Shown here in pieces: positions 1 to 10,330 of a stretch of 64,000 nucleotides of DNA. Under the pieces are notes generated by a model, which made no database searches, had not been told where the DNA came from, and was given only the letters and a program-made list of their open reading frames with translations. The position numbers were made by a program, and so were the translations under genes. This stretch comes from Phyllobates terribilis (Eukaryota): contig NW_027362772.1 of NCBI RefSeq assembly GCF_046119375.1, positions 155,558,001 through 155,622,000 of the forward strand. The letters run 5' to 3'. Position 1 is the first letter of the stretch, and each line of letters opens with the position of its first letter.

Positions 1-230
1 CGCGAGGCAAAATGTGTTTCCATACTAAATTAATGTAAAAGGTGCCAATACCAGCGACACCGCAAGCTGTAGGTTTTTCTATTTTTCCCTCCCACTGTTT
101 ATCATTTGCTTTTTAGTATTTAACATGAGTCTCTATACAGAAAAACTGCTTCACTTGATTCATTTTTTCAGGAGATATTCCAGATTATGTACTTAAACTT
201 CATGGGTGCCAATAACGATGAGCAGGACTG
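1..230. mobile_element. Terminal fragment of a Tc1/mariner-type element
   Basis: Ends ...gagcaggactg followed by TA (231-232). Motif ggtgccaata occurs twice (41-50, 205-214), like the IR/DR direct repeats of Tc1 ends. Confidence 0.45.
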
Positions 231-741
231 TATAAAAAAAAATGCCTATAGTTATCTCCTGTATATAGAGGTGTTGTCGGTCATTGTACAGGAGGGGGAG
301 GAGGTGAGCTGTGACATCACCTATTGTGAATGATGGATCCTGTGTTATTTTATGTATATAGAGGTATCAGTCAATTATAATGCTGTCTTTAATGATAATG
401 AGACCACCGAAAAAGTATTCTGTACAGAACAGGAAGTATAAGTCAAATATTTAGCCTAGTAGCAAGGGTGAAAATGGCAAGATTTTTTTTCATGCAGTTT
501 TATGCAGAAGATTAAAAAAAATACATTTAACACACAAAGTGTGATTTACACACTAGGTCGTTGGATTTCCTGGCACTGCAGCACAGCCCCGAAGCAGGAA
601 TGTGTATGTGCAGGGTCCTGCTTTTGGGGCTGCGCTGAAATGCCCGGGGATCCCTGGGTGGGACCTCCAACAATAAAACATCTAGGTTTTTAGTCCCATT
701 TAAGTAATTTTGCTTTAGAAAAAAAGAAAGTGTGAACATGC

Positions 742-836
742 CATCCGGGTGACGACACGTTGTGGCCGAGCTCCATCCGGGTGACGACACGTTGTGGCCG
801 AGCTCCATCCGGGTGACGACACGTTGTGGCCGAGCT
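742..836 (+). repeat. 32-bp tandem repeat, 3 copies
   Basis: catccgggtgacgacacgttgtggccgagctc at 742, 774 and 806. Confidence 0.9.
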
Positions 837-875
837 GTGGTAGCCATTTCTTTGATTATATGGCCACATGTACAG

Positions 876-971
876 GTACCCCGAGTGCATCATTTCTTTA
901 CACCATGTTTAACACTTGTGGATGAGTTTAGGGCAGAATACTTTGAATACTCCATGACTCTATCACAATAA
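876..971 (+). CDS. Possible terminal coding exon of an unidentified upstream gene (VPRVHHFFTPCLTLVDEFRAEYFEYSMTLSQ*)
   Basis: tacAG acceptor at 874-875, open frame to TAA 969-971, protein-like composition. Polypyrimidine tract is weak and the family is not recognised. Confidence 0.3.
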   Translation, partial: VPRVHHFFTPCLTLVDEFRAEYFEYSMTLSQ

Positions 972-1711
972 TGTACCCTAATGTCATATATCAAAAGTGA
1001 TTGTTTCTTGTTCTGCACAGATCTACTTTAGTTTCATGATGTGTCATTTATACAGTTGGAAATTATATATTTTTGAGCATTTTGAACAACTTGCCCTTTT
1101 GTGTTTATTAGTGATCATTGTCCGGACATGCATGAGAAGGGCAGCTTTTTCTATTCTTTACTTTACAGCTACCTTCTGTTTGTTGTTAGGAAGTAGGCGG
1201 CATATAATCTAACTGTCCTTACTCTTTACTTTACTCACTCCGGAATCTTTCCTTTTTCAGCATACGTTCCCTTTTGCCGGTAATTCACACACTGCAACTG
1301 CCCTTCCGTCCTTTAGTAGGAACGTGAAGCGTTCGACTGCCTTTCAGGCAGTTTAGGTCCGAGCCGCCATCTTCTAGTCTGTGATTAGGGCTATCTCTGC
1401 TCATGCAGCAACCATTACTGCGGGTCAGGATCTCTAGTCTGTACAGGGACTGGCAGGGTCAGTTGCAGTTTTTTAATTTACCTAATTTCCCGAGTGAGTT
1501 GCTACACAAGCATAACAGAAACTAAGAAATCAGGGCACACTTGTAAAAGAAAGTATATTAGTTGCTGCCATTAAATCACCTTTTAAACTCAATGAGTAGT
1601 TTTATTTTGCTGGACAACCCCTTTAAGTTAAGGGTCTAATTAAATTAACAACAAGGAGAGAAAGCACTAAGCGCTATTTCCATGATAAAGCTACAGAGTG
1701 TTCGACCTTAA

Positions 1712-2044
1712 AGGGGTATTCTCAGAATCTAAAGTTATCCCCTGTCCTCAGGATAAATGATAATTACTCATCACTGGGGGTCTGACTCATTCAACCCCAT
1801 CGATCCTGCAGAGCCCGGTCTTGAATGGAGAGGAGGAGTACTTGCTCGACCTCTGCTCCATTCATTGTCTATGGGACTGGTGGAGGTCGGGACGGCAAAG
1901 ACAATGAATGCAGCAGAGTTTGAGCATGCACCATTCAAGAAGGGAATCTGCAGATCTCCGATCTCATTATCGCTGGGGGTTCCAGTAATGATCAGTAAAT
2001 GTTCCGCAACCCCATCAATAACTTTGAATTCTGGGAATAACCCT
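1712..2044. mobile_element. T2/Kolobok-like MITE
   Basis: TTAA-aggggtattctcag ... ctgggaataacccct-TTAA: terminal inverted repeats with TTAA target duplication. Confidence 0.75.
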
Positions 2045-2065
2045 TTAAAACATTATTACAGGTCA

Positions 2066-2071
2066 TTTATT
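2066..2071 (-). terminator. Polyadenylation signal AATAAA of the SAXO3-like gene
   Basis: Minus strand reads GTG TGA c AATAAA, so the signal lies 1 nt after the stop codon. Confidence 0.7.
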
Positions 2072-2072
2072 G

Positions 2073-2481
2073 TCACACCGCAACTGGCCTCTCGCTACCA
2101 TATGTCTCGTATTCTGTTTCATACATCTTAGGAACAGACATGATCTCTGGCAATGGCCCCTGTCTTGGTTTGGTCCAGGGACATTCTAGGGGGTAGTAGA
2201 CATCTTGTGACCTCTTGACGTCCAGTGGCCACTGGTAGCTTTCCTGTGCCAAGGATTTTAGCCCTGTGTGTGGGACAGATTGTGCACGTGGTGGTATACG
2301 TGGCAGTTTAGTGGCGATAGGAAACTGAAGGGTGTCCCTCATTGGAGGTGGATGTGGAAGTGTTGGTTGACTCTCCTTCGGTATAGGGTTTTCTTTCAGG
2401 CCGTGTCCCCAGGCCTTAGGGTAATCCTCCGCCTGCCAATATGTCAATATATCTTTTTTCGGATAGCCTTCAAGTTCTTTC
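2073..2481 (-). CDS. SAXO3: SAXO3-like gene, exon 5 (last): KELEGYPKKDILTYWQAEDYPKAWGHG...PKMYETEYETYGSERPVAV*
   Basis: Acceptor ttttccaactcAG (2483-2482), phase 2 matches exon 4, stop TGA 2075-2073. Exon structure is seen directly; the gene name rests on recalled similarity to human SAXO3 (~330 aa). Confidence 0.65.
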
Positions 2482-2847
2482 CTGAGTTGGAAAAGTAGAA
2501 GACAATAAAAACCAATACAACTTAGCAAAAATAATGGTTGTCATTGGGACTAATATAAATAGCACTGGAGCTGATTACTTCCTACATAACCTTCAAATTC
2601 GTACATCTCAGCCCTTTATATGTAAGACTCCGTCCAGGATATAACCACTGGAGGTGGAGTTTAGAGATGGTAGAGAATGGCTGAGCTACGATTCATCCGT
2701 AACCCCCAACCAAAATGAATGAGAGTTATGGAAACAGAGTAAATTAGCTGTCTCTGTAGCTTCACCTCCAGTGTTCAGAGCCTTGACGGAGCCATTCCTA
2801 AAAGGCTGAGATGGGAATAACCCTATAAACAAAAAACAGACTCTTAA

Positions 2848-3749
2848 GCCGGTTTCACACGTCTGCATATCTCCGGTACCGGAAAAACAGGTACCGGAGA
2901 TATCCGTGTCCGAGTGTGTCACATGTGTGGCAACCGTGTGCTGCATCAGGATCACACAGACCAGCGCGTGGGAATCAGTGTACAGTTAGCTCTGTTCCTT
3001 AGAGCCGGTGCTGAACATTACCATTATCATGGTTCCCTGTCGGCGCTGTGATCAGCACCAGCAGGGACCGTGATGAGGGTAGTAGTGTCTACTCCCACAG
3101 TGTCCCCACCTGTAAAAATAAGAATAAAATAATAAAATCCATGTACTCTCCTCTCCTAGGTATCCCCCGCTGTAATCCATGCGACCGCTGCTGCCAAGGA
3201 GCCGGGGAGAATGAGCTGCAGCTCAGGAGCGGTGTCCTGTCACTCACTGAGCGCAGCTCCGGAGCGGCTCATTCTCCCCGGCGTCAGCGGTCAGAGTATT
3301 ACAGCAGGGGACACCTAGGAGAGGTGACTACATGGATTTTATTATTTTATTCTTATTTTTACAGGTGGGGACACTGCGGGATCAGACTACCACTACCCTC
3401 ATCGTTGTCCCTGCTGATGCTGATCGCAGCACCGGCAGGGAACCATGATGAGGGCAGCATTCAGCACCTGGCACCTGGGAACAGCGCTAACTGTAGCACT
3501 TATTCCCAGGCGCTGGTACGTGTCACATGGATGACACACAGATGTCATCCGTGTGGGACGTTTTGCCGACCGTGTATCTGCAAAAAATCGGACTTGTCTC
3601 TGTGTGGAGCACACGGACACACGGTCCTTGAAAACACACTGAGATGTGCACAGACCCACTCGTTTGAATGGGTCTGCGTGCGTCAGTGTCTCCAGTGCGT
3701 GTGGAAACTGTCACCACTTGTACCGGAGACACTGACATGTGAAAGAGCC
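2848..3749. mobile_element. Harbinger-like non-autonomous element in SAXO3-like intron 4
   Basis: TAA-gccggtttcacacg ... catgtgaaagagcc-TCA: imperfect TIRs, internal inverted segments, 3-bp TWA-like flanks. Confidence 0.55.
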
Positions 3750-4244
3750 TCAGTGATGCTTTGGGATCTAACGGGGATATATTGGATGCAAAGATAGTTG
3801 TCACAACATGGTCCCTTTGGGCTTCTCTGCCACTTAAAATGTTGTATCAAGTTTGGAATTTATCCCCTATCTATCTGTGTGACTTTGGGTGAACGAACTC
3901 TGGGACCCGGAACTTGGACTGATCCCAAGAACCTGTGCTCTGAAGATCCCCTTGTGAATGGAGTGGTGGTTGATCATGCACAACTTTGCTTACTTCATTC
4001 TTAATGGGAGTGCAGAAGATCAGCCGATTTTGCATTAAAGCCTTGTAGACCCTGAAGATGTAACCTAAATCTCCATCAACTTGGTCAACAAGAGGGAGCC
4101 ACGATGGACAATCATCTCCACTCATGTCCATGGCTGCAATACAAGGCACAGCCCACAGATAAGAGTGAGGCTGTTTTCTGGGTAATTTACACCCTTTTCT
4201 CTAGCATCAGATAACTTCTGTCTCACTCGTGGTTGTTAGACTAA

Positions 4245-4855
4245 AGGCCCCATCACACTAAGCGATGCAGCAGCGATCCCGACAACGATACGACCTGTCA
4301 GGGATCGTTGCTGCATCGCTAATACATCGCTGGTGAGCTGTCAAACAGGCAGGCTCACCAGCGATCAGGGGAGCAGCGATATCGTGGAAAGAATCTTTCC
4401 ACGATGTCCTGCTCCCTTTACCAGCCTGCTGAAGCAGGAGCAGGCTGGTAACTATGGTAAACATCAGGTTACTAGGGGCATACGCGCACTTAGTAACCCG
4501 ATGTTTATCATGGATACGACTCTGCTAAGGTGAACGGTAGCCTCCGTGCACCGTAGCAGAGTGGTATCCATGGTAAACAGCGGGTTACTAAGTGCGCGCG
4601 TGCCCCTAGTAACCCGATGTTTACCATGGTTACCAGCCAGATCGTTGGTCCCGCTGGTCACACACAGCGATGTGTGCTGGCCAGCGGGAGGCCAACGACC
4701 AAAAAATGGTCCAGGACACTTTGCAACGATCAGCGACCTCACAGCAGGGGCCTGATCGTTGCAAAGTGTCACACATAGCGACATCGCTGGTGAGTCACCA
4801 AAACCGTGACTCAGCAGCGATCTCACTAGCGATATCGCTATGTGAGACGGGGGCT
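4245..4855. mobile_element. Harbinger-like MITE inserted at the donor site of a duplicated exon fragment
   Basis: TAA-aggccccatcacac ... gtgagacgggggct-TTA. Internal inverted repeat 4460-4512 vs 4567-4630. Confidence 0.75.
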
Positions 4856-4859
4856 TTAC

Positions 4860-4959
4860 GCTGTAAATGCCTGGAAGTCCCGAGCTGTAGCAGATGCATA
4901 AATGTCGTTCAAGCTTAAGACCCCATTGTCTGTTAGGTAGAATGGTTCTCCGGATACAG
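4860..4959 (-). pseudogene. Partial diverged duplicate of SAXO3-like exon 4 (VSGEPFYLTDNGVLSLNDIYASATARDFQAFTA)
   Basis: Aligns without indels to 5125-5224 with 8 substitutions. Lacks the acceptor; the donor is interrupted by the MITE. Confidence 0.85.
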
Positions 4960-5124
4960 TTTATTGTATAGTCGGAGTAGCCAATTAAAGAAAAGGAGGA
5001 CAGAGATAGATAGAAAATATGTAGGAGGGAAGGTGCAATGAATTACTCGGCCACACCAAGGGTTCACCGAGAGCTTGTGCTTGGTTTGAACAGTCATGTT
5101 GTGCTGATAGAGGTTTAGACTTAC

Positions 5125-5252
5125 GCTGTAAATGCACGGAAGTCCCGAGCTGTAGTGGATGCATATATGTCGTTCAAGCTCAAGACCCCCTTGTCTGTTA
5201 CGTAGAATGGTTCTCCGGATACAGCCTTGTTTTCCGTTGTTGCCACTATCGC
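5125..5252 (-). CDS. SAXO3: SAXO3-like gene, exon 4: AIVATTENKAVSGEPFYVTDKGVLSLNDIYASTTARDFRAFTA
   Basis: Acceptor ttgcaatttAG, donor GC|GTAAGT, 128 nt, phase 0->2, open frame. Confidence 0.65.
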
Positions 5253-5791
5253 CTAAATTGCAACAGAGATTTTAAAGATCTGCTCCTGAATTTTCAAAAT
5301 ATATGATAAATGGCTGATTAAAATATGGTGCAAGAATAGACAAATGATGATCAGTGTCAATTGCAGCTCCTCCTTTTTCTTGCTTGCAGATTTCATTTTA
5401 AAGGGAGTCTGTCAGCACAAAATGACTATTCAAGCCAAGCACAGGAGCTTGGTGCACCCTTGGCATGGCTGAGCAGCTCCGTGCACCTTTTCACCTACTT
5501 GTTTTCCATTCATCTCTGTCCTTTGTCTATAGTATAGTCAGAGTTGCCAATCAAGGAAAAGGAGGACAAAGATAGATGGAAAATATGTAGGAGGGAAGGT
5601 CCAGTGAACTACTTGGCCACACCAAGGGTACACCAAGGTTTCACTGAGCGTTTGTGCTTAGTTTGAACAGTCATGTTGGGGTGATAGACGTCATTTACTT
5701 CTACTTGAGGCTGAGTTTGCGATTGGTATCTTTTGTCGATGGATACAAATAACAGAAGCCAAAAAAAAAGGCAATGTGAACATAGACAAAC

Positions 5792-5953
5792 CTGTGACGG
5801 TCCTCTATTTATGTGATTTTCCAGAGAGAAGGGTTGAGGTCCTGCATGGAAATTAGTGATGGTAGGTTGAGCTGGACGCCCCCTGAATTCTGCTTTCATC
5901 TCACTGCTTTGGTGTTTTGGATCCAATGGAGTCCTCCAAGGTCTTAGTTTCAA
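5792..5953 (-). CDS. SAXO3: SAXO3-like gene, exon 3: LKLRPWRTPLDPKHQSSEMKAEFRGRPAQPTITNFHAGPQPFSLENHINRGPSQ
   Basis: Acceptor ctttttcattaccttcacAG, donor CAG|GTTTGT, 162 nt, phase 0->0. Confidence 0.65.
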
Positions 5954-6135
5954 CTGTGAAGGTAATGAAAAAGCGCGATCTCTTATTATGTGAGAATTCA
6001 TAGTTAGAACTAGTAAGGCGATGTGCACATGGAGAAAAGTAGATCTCTTTTCTCAACTCGCACAACCCTCCTGACCTGCGGTTAGACAGTTTGTACAAGC
6101 AAAAACCAAGAACTTTGTGAAATGACTTTTCTCAC

Positions 6136-6336
6136 CTTATCCCAAAAATCCTTATTATAATGAACCTTCCAATGAGGTGCGGGGATGGGGTGACTGGGCT
6201 GAGACAGGGTGCCCCCACAATATTTCCGGTTGTGAGTGCTTCCAGTCGTCGTCTCAAATGTATTTATCAGTTCATCATAGGCGGTGGCTTCGCTTAGTTC
6301 CCGCAGTGTTGCTGGAAGAGGCTCAGAGATGGTGGA
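6136..6336 (-). CDS. SAXO3: SAXO3-like gene, exon 2: STISEPLPATLRELSEATAYDELINTFETTTGSTHNRKYCGGTLSQPSHPIPAPHWKVHYNKDFWDK
   Basis: Acceptor ttttttgcctcattttccAG, donor AAG|GTGAGA, 201 nt fully open, phase 0->0. Confidence 0.65.
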
Positions 6337-6989
6337 CTGGAAAATGAGGCAAAAAATGGCAGCGATCAGGAAATGTATTGCAATCTATCATTGACTGTAA
6401 GGCAAAACAAAAAATCAGTGATCCAGTCACTTATAGCAATCCTGGTAGACAGTCAAAAGAATTGCAATTTTTTTTATAGTTGTGGTTGGACCCTGCAAAC
6501 TTTGATATACAGGTACTTATAGGCCATATATGATATAGTATTTGCATGCAAATTTTCAGCCAAGAACGAGATTCACATCACATTTTTTACCCTACATTTA
6601 GTGTGGGAAAGTGCTAAACGTGTCCATAGGGCTCTAATGCCAGATGGAGGCCAAAAGGTATAGAATAATGTACTAGACGACACTATTCCTTCCTGCAGAA
6701 TCTATTAAAAATAACATATGTTTTTTATCATGGGAGTCTATTGGTGGCGAATACGTTATGGACTTTTCATCCGATAAAGGGATGCCATTATAGCGTATGG
6801 GTGAAGGATCTATTAAATTGATGATTAATTGTGGCATCTACCACCCATAGCTTATAATGGCATCTCTTTGAAGAGTAAGTAAACTTTTTAATTTTTTTTG
6901 TTATTTTGTCCAGCATGAAACTTTGCGCATCACTTTATTAGGGGATTTGTATTCATTCATTTAAAAAATGCATGCAAGTATCTTCCTAA

Positions 6990-9156
6990 GGCTATGTGCG
7001 CACGTTCAGGATTTGAAGCTGAAATTTCTGCTGCGTTTCTGCATCTCCTTGGCAGGAAAAATGCTGCGGAAAACCGTGTGGTTTTGCCGAGTTTTTTTAT
7101 GCGTTTTTTTTAATGCGTTTTTTTTTTAAGCGTTTTTGTACATCAATGACTGCTTTTTGGAGATAAATAAAGGTATTTGGTGGGACATTGCTTTAATCCT
7201 TGGATTACCATCAAAACTGGGGTGAGTATATTGGTTAATTTAAATGATTAAAGAATGTGTCTGTAGTATTTCAAATAAAGTGTTTGCTCTATGTCTGTGT
7301 GTTTATTTAACTCTTTACTTTACTTTAATTAGGTTTAGTGATGAAATGGTCTTATTGACACCTTGTCATCATCAAACAAAAGAGCTAGGTGTTAGCTAAT
7401 CCCATTCACCCAATGTCATTAGCATTTCCATTCATGTAATTTCTGGGGCAGCTGTGAGCTGCTATTTTTAGCCTAGGAAGGTGCCATTAGGCAAATATGG
7501 TCCCTGGCCATTATTAACAGCTCACAGCTGTTTCGTTAGCCGCTACGTCCCCACAAACAGCAACAAGCAGCGCTTTGGACGCTGCGTATTTTTGCTGCGT
7601 CCAAAACGCATTGTTCTAATGCCGCACTTTTGCTGTCGGTACATGTGAATCCACCGCATATAATGACCCTTCAATCGGTCAAAATCGGCAGCGGAGACTA
7701 GCGTGTCTGCTACAGAAATTGACATGCTGCGGGTGATTTTGGATACGTGGCCACGATCAGGAGCCGCTGCTGGTTTGACGCTGCGTGTTTATACAGCGTC
7801 AAACCCACAGCGTCCAGATGTTACAGTATAGTGGATGGGATCTCTAGAAATCCTATATCCACGATACATGCATCTGAGGCTGAGGATCACCCGTGGACAC
7901 TGACATGCGGCGCGTCTTTCAGGACCGCAGCATGTCAAATTCTCTTGCGGAGTCGCTAGTCTCCACAACATAAATTTGACCGCTAGAATGTATTGAATGC
8001 GATAAATCTGCATGGTTCAGTGAACACGTGGATTTACCAGCGTTCAATAGAATGCAACATTTAGTATGTATCAAAACTATGCGTCCAAAGAGCTGCTACG
8101 TCCGAATTGTGGGCACAGAGCCTAAATTTTTTTTTAAAAAATGGCGTGGGTTCCCGTGTCATTTTTATAACCAGCAGAGGGAAAGCCAACTGCTGGGGGC
8201 TCATATTAGTAGTCGGGGAAGGGGCCATTAGCCAACAATGTTCCCTGGCTATTAATATCAGTCCACAGCTGTTTGTTTAGCCTTTACTGGCTAGATTACA
8301 GGGGGACCCCAGAAAAAAATTCACGTAGGGTCCCCCTATAAAATCTAACCAGAAAAGGCTAAACAAACAGCTGCGAGTTGATATTAATAGCCAGGGAAGG
8401 AGCCATGGATACTAGCCCCCTCCGCGGCTATTAATATCACCCCTCAGCAGTCCCAGAAATGGCGCATCCATAAGATGCGCCAGATCTGGCTCTTAGCCTC
8501 CGCTCTTCCCAGTGACCTGTAGCGGTAGCGAATGGGGTTGAGGTTCACGTCAGCCTTGTATTGGCAGCTGACGTGAAGCCCAGGTTAGTAATGGAGGGCG
8601 TCTATTAGATGCCTCCATTAATAACCGCGTAGTAAAGTGGGTCGCCGCTTTTTCAGTAAATACATGGCCAGAATAAAGTATTTTAATGAATACTAAAAAT
8701 ATTTTTTTTTACACCGTGTGGTACCCGGCTTGGCTGAGGACAGTACTACTCCGCTCAGCCGCGCCGCTCTTACTGTTTATCAGCATGAGCGGCGGTTGGA
8801 TGAGGGGAGTAGTACTCCTCCTCTGCCGATCCGGGTACCATCCGCACCTTTTCCTCAGCGTTTCACCGCCCATTGGCTTTTATTGAAGCACAGCAAATCC
8901 ACAGGTATAAATATTATACCTGCAGATTTGCTGCGTTTCAATTAAAGTCAATGGGTGGGAAACTCTGCATAGAATGGACATGCTGCGTTTTTTTTCGCAA
9001 TGGCAATCCTGAGTGGAAATTTCCGCATTATGTGCATAGCACATCAGGATTGCCATTGCAATAGTTGGAAGATGGATTACATAGCGTTTTCGCTGCATTT
9101 CTGCGGCGAAAAACCGCAGCGAAAACGCATCAAAAACGCTACGTGTGCACTTAACC
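6990..9156. mobile_element. Composite Harbinger-like non-autonomous element(s) in SAXO3-like intron 1
   Basis: TAA-ggctatgtgcgcacgt ... acgtgtgcacttaacc-TAA TIRs. Internal motifs are shared with the elements at 61-63 kb. Confidence 0.5.
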
Positions 9157-10116
9157 TAACCCCTGCTTTTCCCCAGTCTATTATCCTTCCTTTATCTGCA
9201 TTCAGAAAGTACTCATTCGGAGTACTGATGATGGCAATGATGGGTCAGCTCAGCACCAGCTTGTCCCCATTTTATTTAATTATTTAGATCAGAAATACCT
9301 CACTTGGAGTACAGATGATGGCAGTGAAGGCTCAGCTCCTGTCTTCACCTTTGAGTGTTTTCCTTATCAGATATGCAAATTGCCTCTTCAGAGAAAAAGA
9401 GGACTTGTACTCTATAGCGCCACCTATTGGAAGTAGCAATCCAATTTCCTGCAGAAGCTTTTCCCCAAAGTTAGTGAGACACAGGTGCTGAGCTGACCTA
9501 TCACTGCCATCATCTGTGCTCCAAATGAGTACGTTCTGATATCCATGTAGCTAAAGGCAGGAAAATAGACTGAGCAAAAGCAGGGGTTAGAAACGTAATT
9601 ACATTTTTTTTTTTACAGGATTGAAGTCAAATCCCTCTAATAAAGTGACCTTTAACATTTCATAACTTTCCATGCTGGGCAAAATTATTTAAAAAATAAA
9701 ATAAAAATGAAATAATAAAATTAAGTTTAGTTACTTTTTAACGGATTGATCAGGAAAAATGTATAAGATCTCATTTTTGTCTATGGTAGTGGATGGTATT
9801 ATTAGGCTTCTGTCACAGCCTCTATTTAACACATTTTGGGTGCGTTTCCTGGCATATACGTCAAACAGAGGCCATAAAATGAGACATAAACAGGGTTTAA
9901 ACTCTACGAGATCACACGCTTGATACATTTCCTGACTGCCAGAATAAGTTTTGATTGACACTGATCATGTATAATCTGATTTATGGTCAGATTATAATCA
10001 GATTGATAATGAAATTGATACATCTGTGGTGGCCATACAACCTCTACCGCCTTACAACAAGCTACACATCAAGCGTTCTATAAACCCGGCTTATTATCCA
10101 CTGCCACTCACATTAC

Positions 10117-10212
10117 CTTGATATGTGCAGGTGGGAACGACACCGGAGATTTGTAGTCATGGCCAACGCCAGTACTGGTGAGATGCCAGTCCTGCCTCCG
10201 CTCTACACCCAT
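10117..10212 (-). CDS. SAXO3: SAXO3-like gene, first coding exon: MGVERRQDWHLTSTGVGHDYKSPVSFPPAHIK
   Basis: ATG 10212-10210 in aatATGg context, donor AAG|GTAATG, 96 nt phase 0. Five exons sum to 996 nt = 331 aa + stop. Confidence 0.6.
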
Positions 10213-10316
10213 TATTAAAAACACATAAAAACTCCAAGGAACCGAGCAATAGATGAGCGTGTGCAGCTAGGAGAGGTCCAGAATAGAGGCTGAACCTGTG
10301 GAATGTTATGTTTCCT

Positions 10317-10330
10317 GTTGTCATGGAGAT
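10317..10330. promoter_or_regulatory. X-box-like (RFX) motif GTTGTCATGGAGAT
   Basis: Near match to the RFX consensus GTNRCC-N0-3-RGYAAC, ~105 bp upstream of the ATG of a putative ciliary gene. Confidence 0.4.

Noticed and set aside
3048-3797. 249-aa plus-strand ORF
   Set aside because: Lies within a non-autonomous transposon; no transposase or other motifs.
3871-4149. 92-aa minus ORF with a GTAAGC donor
   Set aside because: Not phase-compatible with SAXO3 exons 4 and 5 and not needed for the model; no recognisable family.
5954-6028. Alternative start MNSHIIRDRAFSLPSQ extending SAXO3 exon 3
   Set aside because: The upstream exon (6336-6136) ends in phase 0 and fits the stronger acceptor at 5954-5955; the phase-1 acceptor at 6010 would put a stop in frame.
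10131-10187. Plus-strand exon-like segment (cAG...G|GTGAG)
   Set aside because: It is the antisense of SAXO3-like coding exon 1 and has no plus-strand partner exons.
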